Shown: piece by piece, positions 50,301 through 62,313 of the stretch
How positions within the stretch are numbered: the stretch's first letter is position 1
Layout: every line of letters begins with the position of its first letter
Assembly: GCA_903813345.2 (NCBI GenBank)
Contig: CAIIXF020000001.1
Span: 31,496,001 to 31,560,000 of the forward strand
Origin: Owenia fusiformis
Lineage: Eukaryota
Direction: 5' to 3'
DNA length: 64,000 nucleotides
Made by a program: the position numbers and the translations under genes
The notes under the pieces: model-generated
Databases searched by the model: none
Seen by the model: the letters and a program-made list of their open reading frames with translations, nothing else
What the model was told of the DNA's origin: nothing

Positions 50301-53300
50301 CCTTCGTTTATATCTCCATTCCTCTGTCTTTATTTATATATGCATTAAAAGTATGATTTAACTTTTTTCTATATATTTAAACTATTTTGCAAACATATAA
50401 GTTTTGCTTGTTAATCTCCTACCAATATGATGCTTAATAGCTAATGTGTGAGCAGTAGATCTAGTTTTAATTACCATAACTTTATATTTACACTTTCTAT
50501 AACATGGTATTCTAAAAGTGAAAATTTAACATATACAGGGTGACACAAAAGAATGCCACCCATACTCGTATAATGTTGCCTTACTTTTTTGTCTGTGTGA
50601 TATCTGTGAATATCTAACACTAATGCATACAAAAAAGGTATAAAACATTATGTGGGTGAGTGGCATTTTTGTGTCACAGGGTACAAGGTGTCCAAGAATT
50701 AAAGTGACGAGATCATCTAAGGGGCTCATTAATACTTAATGAAATTACAGGATACATTTGTTCCTTTTTCAAATAAATTTATTGTTTTTCAAAAATACAA
50801 CTGAAATTACAAAATATTATATTTTCTCCACTTGTAACTCATTCATCATTGTACTTTGTCTAGTATATTATCCGTATATACCCAAACCTCTTTATTCTTA
50901 CTTCCCACTCTGTTAAATACAGTATGCTTCATCCGTATTGTCCATCATTATATGAAGAACCCGTGTAGAAAAATTCAGAAGATGCGAAGAGGAGGATGCA
51001 TCAATTCCTTATAGTGCCTCTACTGTTTATCTGAATAATTCAGCACAACAGTTACTTTAATTCTTGGACTCTGTATCATCTAATTAATATTATATACTTA
51101 TATAGAGTCAGTACAATCAAGGAAAGCATTGAATAATGTCTAAATAGAACTATTTTCCTTCATTAATCTTGTATGTTCGAGTAAAATGGTATAACTTTAA
51201 TTGGTTGAGGATAATAAGGCTATTCTTTACCTTTGGGAAGGAATGCAATGGAAATAGTATACATTTAAGGGTCAAAATTATTCTTGATCTTGAATTCTTT
51301 CCCACATGGTGCATCATTATGCTTGTACAACAATGCTTAATGAGTTGGTGTGTTTGACTTGCAAGTTTTTAATACAGGAACCACCTCCAAAAAAGAAGAG
51401 AACAAAGCGTCCGAAAACACCACGATTCCCACGGGTAAGGACAACGACACAATCCAATATAAAAAACTTTTCAAGTACTGTATACAAGTAAACATCTTAA
51501 CAAAAATCTAACATTTTAAAAATCTTCAATAATAATAAAATAAGCTTAATCTTAAAATACTCATATTGGCTTTTAATATTGATTTGCTCAACACCATTGC
51601 ATTTTGGGTGTGACGCTTGTGCTTTCTATTGACAGCAACATTCCAGGTCTTCCGAATGACACCAGCTGGCCTATGGACTAAGAGGATTAAGCATATGCGG
51701 GAGCTATGATATTTTCAACTGGTGCATTGATATGTGTTTGTGAATGCATATAAAAGGCTTGGCTCGATAATGATAACCACACCCTCTTTCTCTTAAGTGA
51801 TAAATAAGACTGGGTATGGTAAATCAGAATGGCAGAGTCTGAGAGTACCAATAAGGTATTCATGTATAAGAAACCTCAAATCAAAAGCATGCATTGGAAA
51901 TCATCTACACTACCTGTGCATACTGCCAGACAATGTCAGATTTTGTTTCCAATTCCCTTATCATTCTGCCTGTGCTTATATGAAGGATTTCTTTTTTTAT
52001 AGATGACCTGATATGATATTGGCAAAAATGGCTCCAGTGATACTAGACACAGGGTATCTGAAAATGTCTGTTGTTCTACAATAACACTATAATATGATTA
52101 GTGCATAAATGTTGATCCATGACATTCTGCATACATGTACAGATACAAATAAGTGTATTAAACATATATTCATGAACACCTAATTCATATATGAAGGAAA
52201 TGTTTTATTTTAGCCTTCTGGAGAAGAGGGTGATAAATGTCCAGTAGTGTGCCCTCGGGGGCCTCGGGGCTTTAATGGTACACAGGTAAGACTACAAATG
52301 CATTGGAGTCTCAAGTTGTTGTGTCTTAAGTTTATGGAAATTTGGCCTGAGCTAGTCCTATATGTTTGTCTGTATTTATTTGAAATAAGTAATCTTTATC
52401 TTAAGCATAAAAATGCAATATTACAGATATTATTTAATTTCAATCTTTTTTCCATACAAGTTGACAGTTTTCATACACATTTTTTTCATACACAGTTCAA
52501 GGTTACACTTTTTTATGATACACCCAGACTCAATTTGCTCAAATTACAGGGTATGAAGGGAGAACGAGGAGCTGCAGGCCCACCAGGATTACCAGGTCTC
52601 ACTGGGGATGCTGGCATTCCAGGTGACATAGGACCAGAGGGTCCTCGTGGTAGAGAGGTGAGACTTTATATTAATATAAAAAGTTGAGTAAAGACACCTG
52701 CGAAATGTTAACTTAACATTTAAAATGTCTATAGGATAGGAGAATCTGGAATATTAGAAGTGGGCGTTTTAGGTTAATATATCAATATAAGCTATCAAAC
52801 AACTACTTTTTATTAGTTATGTTTTGGGGAAGGAGTAACTTCAATTTCTGTTATCATACATGTTAAAAAAAATTCAGAAAATGATTACTTTGTTCATCTA
52901 TGCTGGATTCATATTTGAAAGCTACATGAAAATTGACCTGCCCCTAAGCAGTATGATATATAAGTTTGTGTATTCTAAAATGTTACTTAATGGGCCCCTT
53001 AATATGGGATGTTATTGCAGGGTGAGTCAGGTGTACCAGGGGCAACAGGACCAGCAGGCCCAAGGGGGGCAGAGGTAAGACTTATTTTGTGTATATGTTT
53101 GCATTTAGATATCACCTTTCAAATCCTTTTGTATACATATCCGTTAATCAATATGCGTGTTAATGTTTCAGGGTAAATCTGGACCCCAGGGTGTAGCAGG
53201 ACCTCCTGGTCTACCAGGGCCAAGGGTAAGAAACATTTAAAATGCATTGATATAACATATACTTTGAAAATGAAATCATATGTTTATCACTTCATTGCAA

Positions 53301-56300
53301 ATACATGTATATTTACTAGCATGTCAAATCTAATTACTTATGATGATCATAAAAACTTGAACAAGAAAAGTTAGAATGATGGTAGTTAGTAGTATTAACA
53401 AAAAATGTTCAGCACATGTAATCGACTTACTTTGTTTTTATGCCACAGGGGGAAACAGGAGATCCTGGGGCCCCAGGTCAGGATGGTGAGCCAGGCTTTG
53501 ATGTAAGTATGAAGCATTGTGGATGACAATGGAACTAATTAAGACAAATAAAATATTATTCTTTCATCATTTTACAACTGTGCTCCGCCATTTCTCAATG
53601 CCCAAATTGGCAGATTTATCATTCACAGAATTTTCACTAAAGTGGTTCTTTTACAAACCTTTACAATTTATGTATGTAATCCAGCCATCTTCACTTATAT
53701 CACCAAAATGCACCAACTATTTGTTTCATACAGAGGTAATTAAAGAGTAAAAACCTCTTGATGTTGATAAAAACCTCAAACTATTTTAGGGTGAAAATGG
53801 AGCACCTGGAAGAGATGGAGTGCCAGGGTTAAAAGGCGAACGTGGAGACACAGTGAGTTAAACTTATTTAAAGTTTTATTTTCATCATTTTTTTTAATTA
53901 TTAGCATTAACTTTATCACAATTGGTAATTGGAAAAAATGAATGGAAGGGGGAAGGAGTAGCCCATTTCTGCTAGAAAATTTACAAAAATATCACTAAAT
54001 GAATAGGTGAACATTATGGCAAAATTAAAATCTGTAGTTTTCTATGATTTTTCTTAACTGATACGCTTCTTCAATATTCTTGTTATAAATCAAAGAATGG
54101 TAGTCTACACAACGTGTGATAAATGCATATAGATGAAGTAATCATCACAAAATGACAGCGGAGTTGCAAATCCCACCGAACAAAACACATTTTGATAATG
54201 AGTCAGGCCATCTCAAAAATTTCTTCTTGAACAGAGCATATAAACATATAAAATTTGTACAAAATCCACCCACTGGTATATGAGTTATCAAAGATTATGT
54301 TTTATCCAAAAATGACGGCCATTTTGAAATTCAGCTGCAATCTTGAAAATTTCTTCTCCTTTGTCCCTAGCAGCATATAAAATTTACACCAAATCTGTCT
54401 TCCGGTATTTAAGATCCAAGATTACGTTTTTAAAGACAAATGGCAGCCATTTTGAAAATGCAGCCATCTTGAAAATATCTTCTTGAGCAGACCTCCTTGA
54501 TCTCTAAGCATCAGCATATAATATTTGAACCAATATTTGATTTTTTACAAGAATGGTGGCCATTTTGAAATTCAGCTTTCATCTTGAAAATTTCCTCTCA
54601 ACCAGATCGTCTTTGTCCTGAAACCATTTTAAAATTTAACCGTCATCTTGAAAATTATTTATTGAGCTGACCTTTTTTGTCCCTAGGCATCGACATATAA
54701 ATTTTGTACCATATCTGTTCACTGGTATTTGAGTTATCAAAGATTACATTCTTTTATGAAAAATGGTGGCCGATGGTGGAATTCAATGGCCATCTTGAAA
54801 ATGCCTTCTTTAGTTGAGTTCCTTTGTCCCTTGGCATCAATACATAAAATTTGAACCAAATCTGTCAATTGGCATTTGAGCTTTCAAAGATTACATTCTT
54901 TTATGAAAAATGGCTGCCATTTTGAAATTCAGCTGCCATCTTGAAAATTCTGTCTTGAACAGAGCTACTGTTTCATTAGGCATCAGCATATAAAATTTGA
55001 ACCCACCATTTGAACCAAATCTGTTCATTAGTATTTGAGTTATCAAAGATCACATTTTTTCCAAAATATGGCAGCAATTTTGAAATACAGCCCCAATCTT
55101 GAAATTTTTCGGAAACAGAACTACTGTGTCCTCAGCATGTAAAATTTGATCCAAATCCATTCACTGGTATGCGAGTTTACATTACAAAGATTACATTGTT
55201 TTATTTTATAAAATTGGCGGCCATTTTGACATTCAGCAGCCATCTTGAAAAGCTCTTCTTGAGCTAAGAGGAGGGAAAGCCCCAGAGTTTCAAGATGACA
55301 GACATAATTACCTCTCTTGCTTAGCACCTTCGTTCGTTCGAATTTTCATCGGCTAGTTATCAAATACTACACTTCGATGGGATGTTTTAATTGATATAGG
55401 CATATTCCGTACACCTCTCTTTATCTTGATGTGAAATGAGAAGCTATGATATTGGTTAACACGCCAGAAATGAACATAATATTATTCGAAGGGTATTTCG
55501 AAAATTTTGAAACCGCCATTGATGACGTCATTTGTTTGTCGACTTTTGACCAATCAGCGACGATGTCATCTCAATACAGATTTACATTATAAGCGTATGT
55601 CATCTTTGAACCCTGGTGTTTCTCCCCCTCTGTCTTGAGCTGTATAATTTTGATTATTATTTATTTGTTGAATTTTCTTGCAGAAATCAGCTACTCTCAC
55701 CTCCATTTATTTCCAATTTGAAATTATTTCTAGGCGTGTTCATAAGTATCCACATTGGAAGATAATATTTAGTTGCAAACCTTATACTATGAACTGACAT
55801 AAACATTTTTGTCTGTTTCAGACAACTGTAAGTACAACAACCAGGTAACATCTTTATGTTTTTTGAATAAGTTTTTGACCTGTCATTTAAGATCAACATT
55901 CAACAATGGTAAAATACAAAACACTGTTTAAAATGTGAAAATCTTGCTCAGATCATATTTATGATAATTAAGGGGTTGATTTTCTATTTTGACTTTATGA
56001 GCTCTAACATATCTGTTGTGAACAGGTTACAGGTCCTGCTGGTTTACCTGGTGATCCAGGGCCAGTAGGGCCACCAGGCCTTCAGGGTCGGCCAGGAAAG
56101 ACAGGACCTGTTGGACCACCAGGACCCATTGGAGATCGAGTAAGTAATGTCATCCTCTAATATCCAGTAGACAGAAGTAAGAACAATACAGAAGCTTGAT
56201 GAGTGATATATAACTATATGCATATCATTTTATTGTCCCAACTCAATCTCTTGAGGCACTATTGATAAACACTCTTGTACAGGCTACTGCAAAAGTCCAA

Positions 56301-59300
56301 TTTTTCAAGGTGCCCTAATTTCCACTATTTTTGCTGAAGAGGCTAGACCGTGAAATTAAAGCCACAGTGAAAATTTGTTTTAACATTGAATTCAATTGGA
56401 TATTTCTTCAAAGAGTGAAATTCAATGCCAATGAAACATCTCAGATTGACAAAATAGTGAAATTTTTTGTCAGCGAAAATTTGGGCTTTTACAGTATATA
56501 ATACTGAATTACGATATAGCTGTATTTCTCCAGGGTAAACCAGGTACACCAGGCGCTATTGGAAGAACAGGGCAAAGAGGTGCAAAGGGTGACCCTGGAA
56601 TAACAGGGAGAACTGGGAACACCGGAGACCCTGGCCCACCAGGTCCTCCAGTAAGTATCACTCTTAAGCTAAACTTGTTCCTGTCTGGGATATTGTGAAG
56701 TATTGCTAAGGTTGTTGTATGCTGCATGCAAGATTCTTGGTTTTTACATATAATAGTATAATTCTAAAAACTGATATTACAATGGCTCATATACATGTAT
56801 AATTGGTCATATACATGTGTAATGGTTACTATTTCACTTCATTCTCTGTTTAATATGATGATAGTGACCATCTCAGTCCAAGATTTGATGTAAATAGATT
56901 CATTATATCCTCAATAAATATACTGGATTTAGATCTCACGGTGAACTGTTATACTCATTTATAAGTGTTGTTTCAGGGGCTCCCTGGGAAAATTGTGACT
57001 GAACCTGATGGACCTAATGAAGTTATTGTGGAGGTAAATACTATTTTACATGAATTCATAATGGAAGCCAGATGGAAGTTCACTAACCTTCACTTGTGTG
57101 TTACCCATCCCATTGGTTTATGTGCAAATATTGCTTTGAGTTATCAAAGATTACCCTTTTTATGAAAAATGGCAGCCATTTTAAAATTTAGCTGACCCCT
57201 TTGAAATTTCTTCTGAAGCAGATCTCCTTTGTCCCTAGACAATGGTAGACATCAGCATATAAAATTGGAACCAAATCCATCCACTGATATTTCAGTTATC
57301 AATGATTACGGTTTTTTATAAAAAATGGCAGCCATTTTGAAATTCAGCTCACGCCTTTCAAATTTCTTCTGAAGCAGATCTCATTTTTCCCTAAACATCA
57401 GCATATAAAATTGGAATCGAATCCATCCACTGGTATTTGAGTTATCAATGATTACGAAAAATGGCGGCCATTTTGAAATTTAGTGGCCATCTTGAAAATG
57501 TCTTCTTGAGCTGAACTTCTTTTCTTTGTCTCTAGGCATCAGCATATAAAATTTGAACCAAATCCATCAACTGGTATTCGAGTTATCAAAGTTTGCGTTC
57601 TTTTATGAAAAAAGCAGTCATTTTGAAATTAAGCTGCCATCTTGAAAATCCCTTCTCGAGCAGAGCTCCTATGTCCCTAGGCATCAGCATGTAAAATTTG
57701 AACCAAATCCATTCAATGGTATTTCAGTTATCATTTTTTTACGAAAAATGGCCACCATTTTAACCATCTTGAAAATGTCTTCTTGACCAAGGCTCCTTTG
57801 TAACCAGGAAACAGCATATAAAATTTGAACCAAATCTATCTACTAATATTTGAGTTATCAAAGATTATATCTTTTCAGAAAAATAGCCGACATTTTAAAT
57901 TAAGTGGCCATATTGAAAATTCTTCTCGAGCAAAGGACCTACACCCAAAATTTGAATGAAATCAGTCAACCTGTATATGATTTGAGTTATCAATGATAAA
58001 TTTTTTTACGAAAACTGGCCACCATTGTGAAATTTGGTGGCCATCTTGAAAATGTCTTCTTGAGCAAAGTTCTTTTGTACCCAGGCAACAGCATATAAAA
58101 TTTGAACCAAATCCATCCACTAGTATTTGAGTTATCAAAGATTATATTTTTTCAGAAAAATGGCCACCATTTTGAATTTAACGGCCATATTAAAAATCCT
58201 TTCTCGAGCGGAGGTCCTACACCCATAAGGCATAAGCCAATAAAATTTGAATGAAATCCGTCTACCGGTATTTGAGTTATTGCCCGGACACACGAACGGA
58301 CGGACAGACAAACAGACTATATCCCCTCGAACTTCGTTCGGTGGGATAATTAGTTTAAAGCAACATACAATCGGTTTGTTGTTACAAGTATTTTAAAACG
58401 ATTGAAAGTAATAAATATGACTAGGTGACAAACAGATAACTATCAAAAATGTGTTTTGGTTCAGAAATTAAGAAAACAAAAATAAAATAAAAAGGAAACT
58501 AATATCACCACCCGTAATTGAATTTTGTAAAAATGCCAACTACATTAGACTGTGAAATTTAAAATATTTTGTACACATATAAAGAATTTCAGTTGCGCTC
58601 CTATAAGACAGTGCCTCTTTAAGAAGATTTTTGAAGTAATTGATACATGTTCAAGTATTTTAAAATTTAAAAAAAACTGAATTTTTCTCCATCTATTGAG
58701 AGTCCTTAAGGCATATGTCAACTATACATCAAATCAAAAGGTTTTCAAGTTCTAGACCATCAAATCAAATGAAATCAAATAAGAGATAATTATTTGCATT
58801 AATACCAATAACTTAGAAATGACCCCTTATCATGAGAAAGTTAAGATATTAGATGTATTCAACATGCATTATTAATCTACATGCATTTCTGTTTCAGGGA
58901 CCACCAGGTCCACCTGGAGTGCCAGGAAAGAGGGGAGCCGAGGGTCCAATAGGACCAACAGGAGAGCCAGGGCCTAGAGGTGACATAGGAGAACAAGGAA
59001 TGAAAGGAGATTCTGGTGAACCTGGAGTCCCAGGCTTACCAGGGCCTCCAGGTGTAGATGTGAGTATACTTAATATTAGCCATGCTTTATTACATTTGAA
59101 TTGTTATATGTGATTTTCTATTTAGTGATTTAGATTCATATAAAAATCATTGCTGATGTATTTGATTCAAGGGCATACCAGGACCAGTTGGACCCCAGGG
59201 AGTGACTGGGGAAAGAGGAAAACCAGTAAGTTTAAGTCTTTCCAAAGCTGAAGAATCAACAAACTGAATAAACTGGTAATAACAAGACAAGATGAAAAGA

Positions 59301-62300
59301 AATTGTAAGGGGTATAATTATTTATAATGATCCTTTTTATCAACATGAACAAAAATGTGCCTTATAACATTTACATGATATGATTTCCCTATTAGGGCAT
59401 CCAAGGCAGAAATGGCCAGCCTGGAAATGATGGAATACCAGGCCGACCAGGGGAAGATGGCAAACCAGGAATAGCTGGACAACCCGGGCAGAGAGGACCT
59501 AGGGGATACCAGGTAAGACATAAACTTGTTGGTCTTATATGCTAAAGAATACCTCTGTGCTATATATATTATACATACTCTTAAATATTTGATATTTCTT
59601 GTTTGTCCATTTTACTTTATTAATACATATGCATAAATCTAAATCTAATGGCCGCCATTTTTTCATGAAAAGTGGTGGCCATTTTGAAATGAGAAGTCAT
59701 CTTGAAAGTTCCGATGTGCTTAAACAATCAGCTTATAAAATTTGAACCAAATATATCAACTGGTATTTGAATTATCAAAGAATACATTTTCTATAAAAAA
59801 GGGCAGGCATTTTGAAATCAGTGGCCATATTGAAAATGCCTCCTTGAGCCATAGACATAAGCCTATGAAATTTGGACTAAATTCCATTAATGGTATTTAT
59901 AATGATTTATCTATATCTGTATATGATTTATCTATATCTGTATCTATATCACATCAGGGAAATTAGCACTGGGGCCAACCCCTCCTAAGCGTCTCTTTCA
60001 GGACTTTCATCACTATGAAGCCCATATGCTATTGAGTTTGAAGCTGCCAACTGGTATTTGAGTTATCATAGATAGACAAAAAATGAAAATTCCTACTATT
60101 GTACATACTGTGATTAATCATGAAAAAAACTTTGTTCGGTGTGATAATAAAATCCAAAATCTTATTTAGTAATCAGCAATGTATGACTAATATCTTGCTG
60201 ACTGAAGACAAATGGCTTAAACACTATAACTATGTATTGATGTATCATTTAAGGGAAACCCAGGAGTAATAAGTGACGATAGACTGGATGAGCGAATCAA
60301 TGATGCTATAACAAAATTGGAGGTAACATTTGATTTTAAACTAAGAAAATGTAAGGATTTAAAATAAAAAGTCCTAGTTTCTTGTCTCTACCAAACTCAA
60401 TGTCAGACTATACATAAGAAAGAAAATATCTACTATATATACAGTATATTGACCATGCTCCTAACAGCAAACATAGCAGTGCATTTTATCCAAAACACTT
60501 TCTATATGCAAGTTTGTCCAGGCCACTTGAAAGATTTACACAATACTAGACAGCATGAAATTCATTAGTTGATATATTCTTTAGAACATGAGGTATTTGG
60601 TAGACATGTGCAAGCAATTATATTTATGAATGCATCTTAGGTGTATAATCGAAATAAAGAGCCTCATGATCATGTACCCCAGCAGTATATGGTGAGCCTG
60701 GTCGTTTCGTCTTAGAATATGGTTTCATGTCCAGCTGGCTATATATACCTCAAAAAGCATGATTTTGAGACCCAATGCATGGTTTAGGTATCAGCTACAA
60801 TATTCATGAATGTAGTCAAAGTAAACTTTTTGGTATATTCTTAGTTGAATATGGATGATAACTGTATTGTCACTCATTCAAATTCAAACTACAGAAATAT
60901 CAGTATTCCAAGTAAAAGGAAATCATGCTCTTTTGTGAAACAAAGAATAAAAAATATGCATTTTGTAGATGTGATTACATTATGACTGCAATTTGAACTT
61001 GGTTGGCATGTCAAACCAGACCAAGTACCTGAATGTGAGAGATTATAAACCCAGTGTGAAATACCCAAGAATGATTTCCTCCATCTATTCTTTTGCATTA
61101 CATTCTCTGAGACACGAGAGTTGAAAGAAGATGACATCAAAGGGCAAAGTTATCTCTTTGAGGGCTTTACAATAGTTTTTTTGACAATAGAGGAAGTGTG
61201 TGATTCCTTTATGAATGACAATAGTTTATTTATAGGCTGTTGCTTAGAGTTGTAGTTTATATTTTTCTGTAAACTGTATAGCATTGAATCTCAAATTTAA
61301 ATTAAGAAATACAGTAAATATATTATACATACATGTCGATTATAATACATTTATTAATCTCACATTAAAATTTACTTAAACGCCTCTTAACTATTGAGCT
61401 TGTATTTCAGGCTAGAGAAGGAAAAGAGGGAAGGGAAGGGAAAGATGGTGAAAAGGTAAGAAAATCCAAATAACATATTTAGTTATTTGTGCACTGTATA
61501 TTGTATATTATCTTGCCTGAAAAATTTGTGGTATTATAATATTGTAGACTGGACATGATGCTGAATATAGATGTTAATCTACAGTATGTACATATGCATA
61601 TGTATGTATATGCATATCAAATTACGTATGAATATGATGTCAAACATATGAATGAATAAGACTATCATAATATTAATATAACTAAACATCCCCTGTTGCC
61701 TTTTGAAATTTGCTGTAGTCCTTTGTCAAGTCAATAATGAAGGGCATACTAGCCAACAATAAGTACCCCAAACAATTCATTCACTGCAGAGAGTACTGAC
61801 AGAGGTATTCACCCACTATCTAATTCCAGGGAGCTAGAGGAGATAGCGGAGATCCAGGGCCACCAGGAAAAAGGGGTCTTGATGGTCTTGCAGGCCCTCC
61901 TGGTAATGAAGGGATGAAAGGTGAAGGTGGTGAGCCAGGACCACCAGGAATGAAGGGATCTGAAGGTGCCAGAGGAACACAGGGTCTTCCAGTAAGATCA
62001 AATAATGCAACCAGAGGAACATAACAGAATAACAAAAGAATATTATTCATTAGTTAATGATATAACTAAATGCATAGATTATATCTTGCAAAGCTCAAGT
62101 TACAATTGCTTTTGTTAATGTGAACTGTTTCAGGGTGAGAAGGGTGGACAAGGTTCAAAGGGAGAACAAGGCAATGATGGAGAAAAGGTAGTTTTATAAC
62201 TTTTACTATCATCTCATCATCTCATTCACTCCATTTATGTCGTATATTTTTTATTTTAGGGTGTTGAGGGTCCATCTGGGCCTGAAGGACCACCAGGTCG

Positions 62301-62313
62301 CAGAGGCAGAAAA
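41276..62313 (+). CDS. FACIT-type collagen (collagen IX alpha-1-like): TSPN/NC4 plus interrupted Gly-X-Y domains; multi-exon, both ends not located
   Basis: 23 exons join in frame. The TSPN region resembles COL9A1 NC4 (CP...DIPG, AYRIG...RIPTR, WHKL...[13 protein letters not shown]...ESCAEIP). Triple-helix exons are phase 0 and mostly 45/54/63/108/117/162 nt. Confidence 0.92.
41524..42227. mobile_element. Foldback/MITE element with ~250-bp imperfect inverted arms
   Basis: TGAAAGGAGCACGTAGG... / ...CCTACGTGCTCCTTTCA; arms align inward to the CACCAAAAATGCAA region. Confidence 0.8.
42347..42406. repeat. 60-bp imperfect palindrome (mini-MITE-like)
   Basis: CACACCAACGG...CCGTTGGTGTG stem. Confidence 0.6.
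44359..44494 (+). CDS. Collagen TSPN exon (VFDFISTF...DLRIPT) with a GC donor
   Basis: Phase 1-2; donor AG|gcaagt. Confidence 0.88.
48024..48252 (+). CDS. Collagen TSPN exon (QLFPYG...KEHKK)
   Basis: Phase 2-0; FSFVSTFRM LamG/TSPN motif. Confidence 0.92.
48505..48681 (+). CDS. Collagen TSPN exon (LFDKNWHKL...YIDC...ETVT)
   Basis: 177 nt, phase 0-0; WHK...IDC motif. Confidence 0.92.
49814..49885 (+). CDS. Collagen TSPN end exon ([12 protein letters not shown]...SCAEIP)
   Basis: 72 nt, tag/gtaagt. Confidence 0.92.
50536..50681. mobile_element. Short Tc1/mariner-like MITE
   Basis: TA-CAGGGTGACACAAAAGAATGCCAC / GTGGCATTTTTGTGTCAC...TA. Confidence 0.5.
51378..51434 (+). CDS. Collagen basic linker exon ([19 protein letters not shown])
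   Basis: cag/gtaagg, 57 nt, phase 0-0. Confidence 0.7.
52214..52285 (+). CDS. Collagen exon ([24 protein letters not shown])
   Basis: 72 nt; CPxxCP motif immediately before the triple helix. Confidence 0.88.
52550..52657 (+). CDS. Collagen Gly-X-Y exon
   Basis: 108 nt, AG/GT. Confidence 0.93.
53021..53074 (+). CDS. Collagen Gly-X-Y exon
   Basis: 54 nt, AG/GT. Confidence 0.93.
53172..53225 (+). CDS. Collagen Gly-X-Y exon
   Basis: 54 nt, AG/GT. Confidence 0.93.
53449..53502 (+). CDS. Collagen Gly-X-Y exon
   Basis: 54 nt, AG/GT. Confidence 0.93.
53790..53852 (+). CDS. Collagen Gly-X-Y exon
   Basis: 63 nt, AG/GT; ends ...ERGDT. Confidence 0.92.
54200..55340 (+). mobile_element. Helentron/pearl-like non-autonomous element with ~140-150-bp core tandem repeats (boundaries approximate)
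   Basis: Repeated AAAATGGCGGCCATTTTGAAATT...CATATAAAATTTGAACCAAATC...GAGTTATCAAAGATTAC units; same family as 57110-58350. Confidence 0.65.
55822..55827 (+). CDS. Candidate 6-nt microexon ACAACT (Thr-Thr)
   Basis: CTGAC branch point (55794-55798), pyrimidine tract, ttcag|ACAACT|gtaagt; phase 0-0. Confidence 0.55.
56026..56139 (+). CDS. Collagen exon (VT + 12 Gly-X-Y triplets)
   Basis: 114 nt, cag/gtaagt. Confidence 0.9.
56285..56496. mobile_element. Short TA-flanked MITE
   Basis: TACTGCAAAAGTCCAATTTTTC / GAAAATTTGGGCTTTTACAGTA imperfect TIRs. Confidence 0.55.
56534..56650 (+). CDS. Collagen Gly-X-Y exon
   Basis: 117 nt, AG/GT. Confidence 0.93.
56977..57033 (+). CDS. Collagen exon with non-collagenous interruption ([19 protein letters not shown])
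   Basis: 57 nt, phase 0-0. Confidence 0.85.
57110..58350 (+). mobile_element. Helentron-associated (HINE/pearl-like) element: ~8 core repeats, microsatellite, terminal stem-loop
   Basis: Core repeats followed by CGGACACACGAACGGACGGACAGACAAACAGAC and TATCCCC...CGAACTTCGTTCG...GGGATA. Confidence 0.75.
58898..59059 (+). CDS. Collagen Gly-X-Y exon
   Basis: 162 nt, AG/GT. Confidence 0.93.
59172..59225 (+). CDS. Collagen Gly-X-Y exon
   Basis: 54 nt, AG/GT. Confidence 0.92.
59396..59512 (+). CDS. Collagen Gly-X-Y exon
   Basis: 117 nt, AG/GT. Confidence 0.93.
59640..60150 (+). mobile_element. Degenerate third copy of the HINE/pearl-like repeat element
   Basis: Same core motifs (GGCCATTTTGAAAT, TAAAATTTGAACCAAAT) and a TTCGGTGTGATAAT end. 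Confidence 0.55.
60254..60322 (+). CDS. Collagen exon with an amphipathic NC segment ([23 protein letters not shown])
   Basis: 69 nt, phase 0-0; heptad-like L/I spacing. Confidence 0.85.
61411..61455 (+). CDS. Collagen exon ([15 protein letters not shown])
   Basis: 45 nt, AG/GT. Confidence 0.88.
61830..61991 (+). CDS. Collagen Gly-X-Y exon
   Basis: 162 nt, AG/GT; begins GARGDS. Confidence 0.93.
62134..62187 (+). CDS. Collagen Gly-X-Y exon
   Basis: 54 nt, AG/GT. Confidence 0.92.
62260..62313 (+). CDS. Collagen Gly-X-Y exon; last one found, no stop codon, gene presumably continues
   Basis: 54 nt, AG/GT. Confidence 0.92.

Noticed and set aside
61833..61847. RGD motifs in the collagen (RGDS here; RGDT and RGDI in other exons)
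   Set aside because: RGD arises often in Gly-X-Y sequence and is usually cryptic in the folded helix.
3670..62313. A single VWD-C8-TSPN-collagen fusion gene (the 5418 donor and 41276 acceptor are both phase 1)
   Set aside because: Phase match alone is weak, four scaffold gaps intervene, and a candidate terminal exon lies at 27740. Not excluded: RNA-seq is needed, and the collagen signal-peptide exon was not found.
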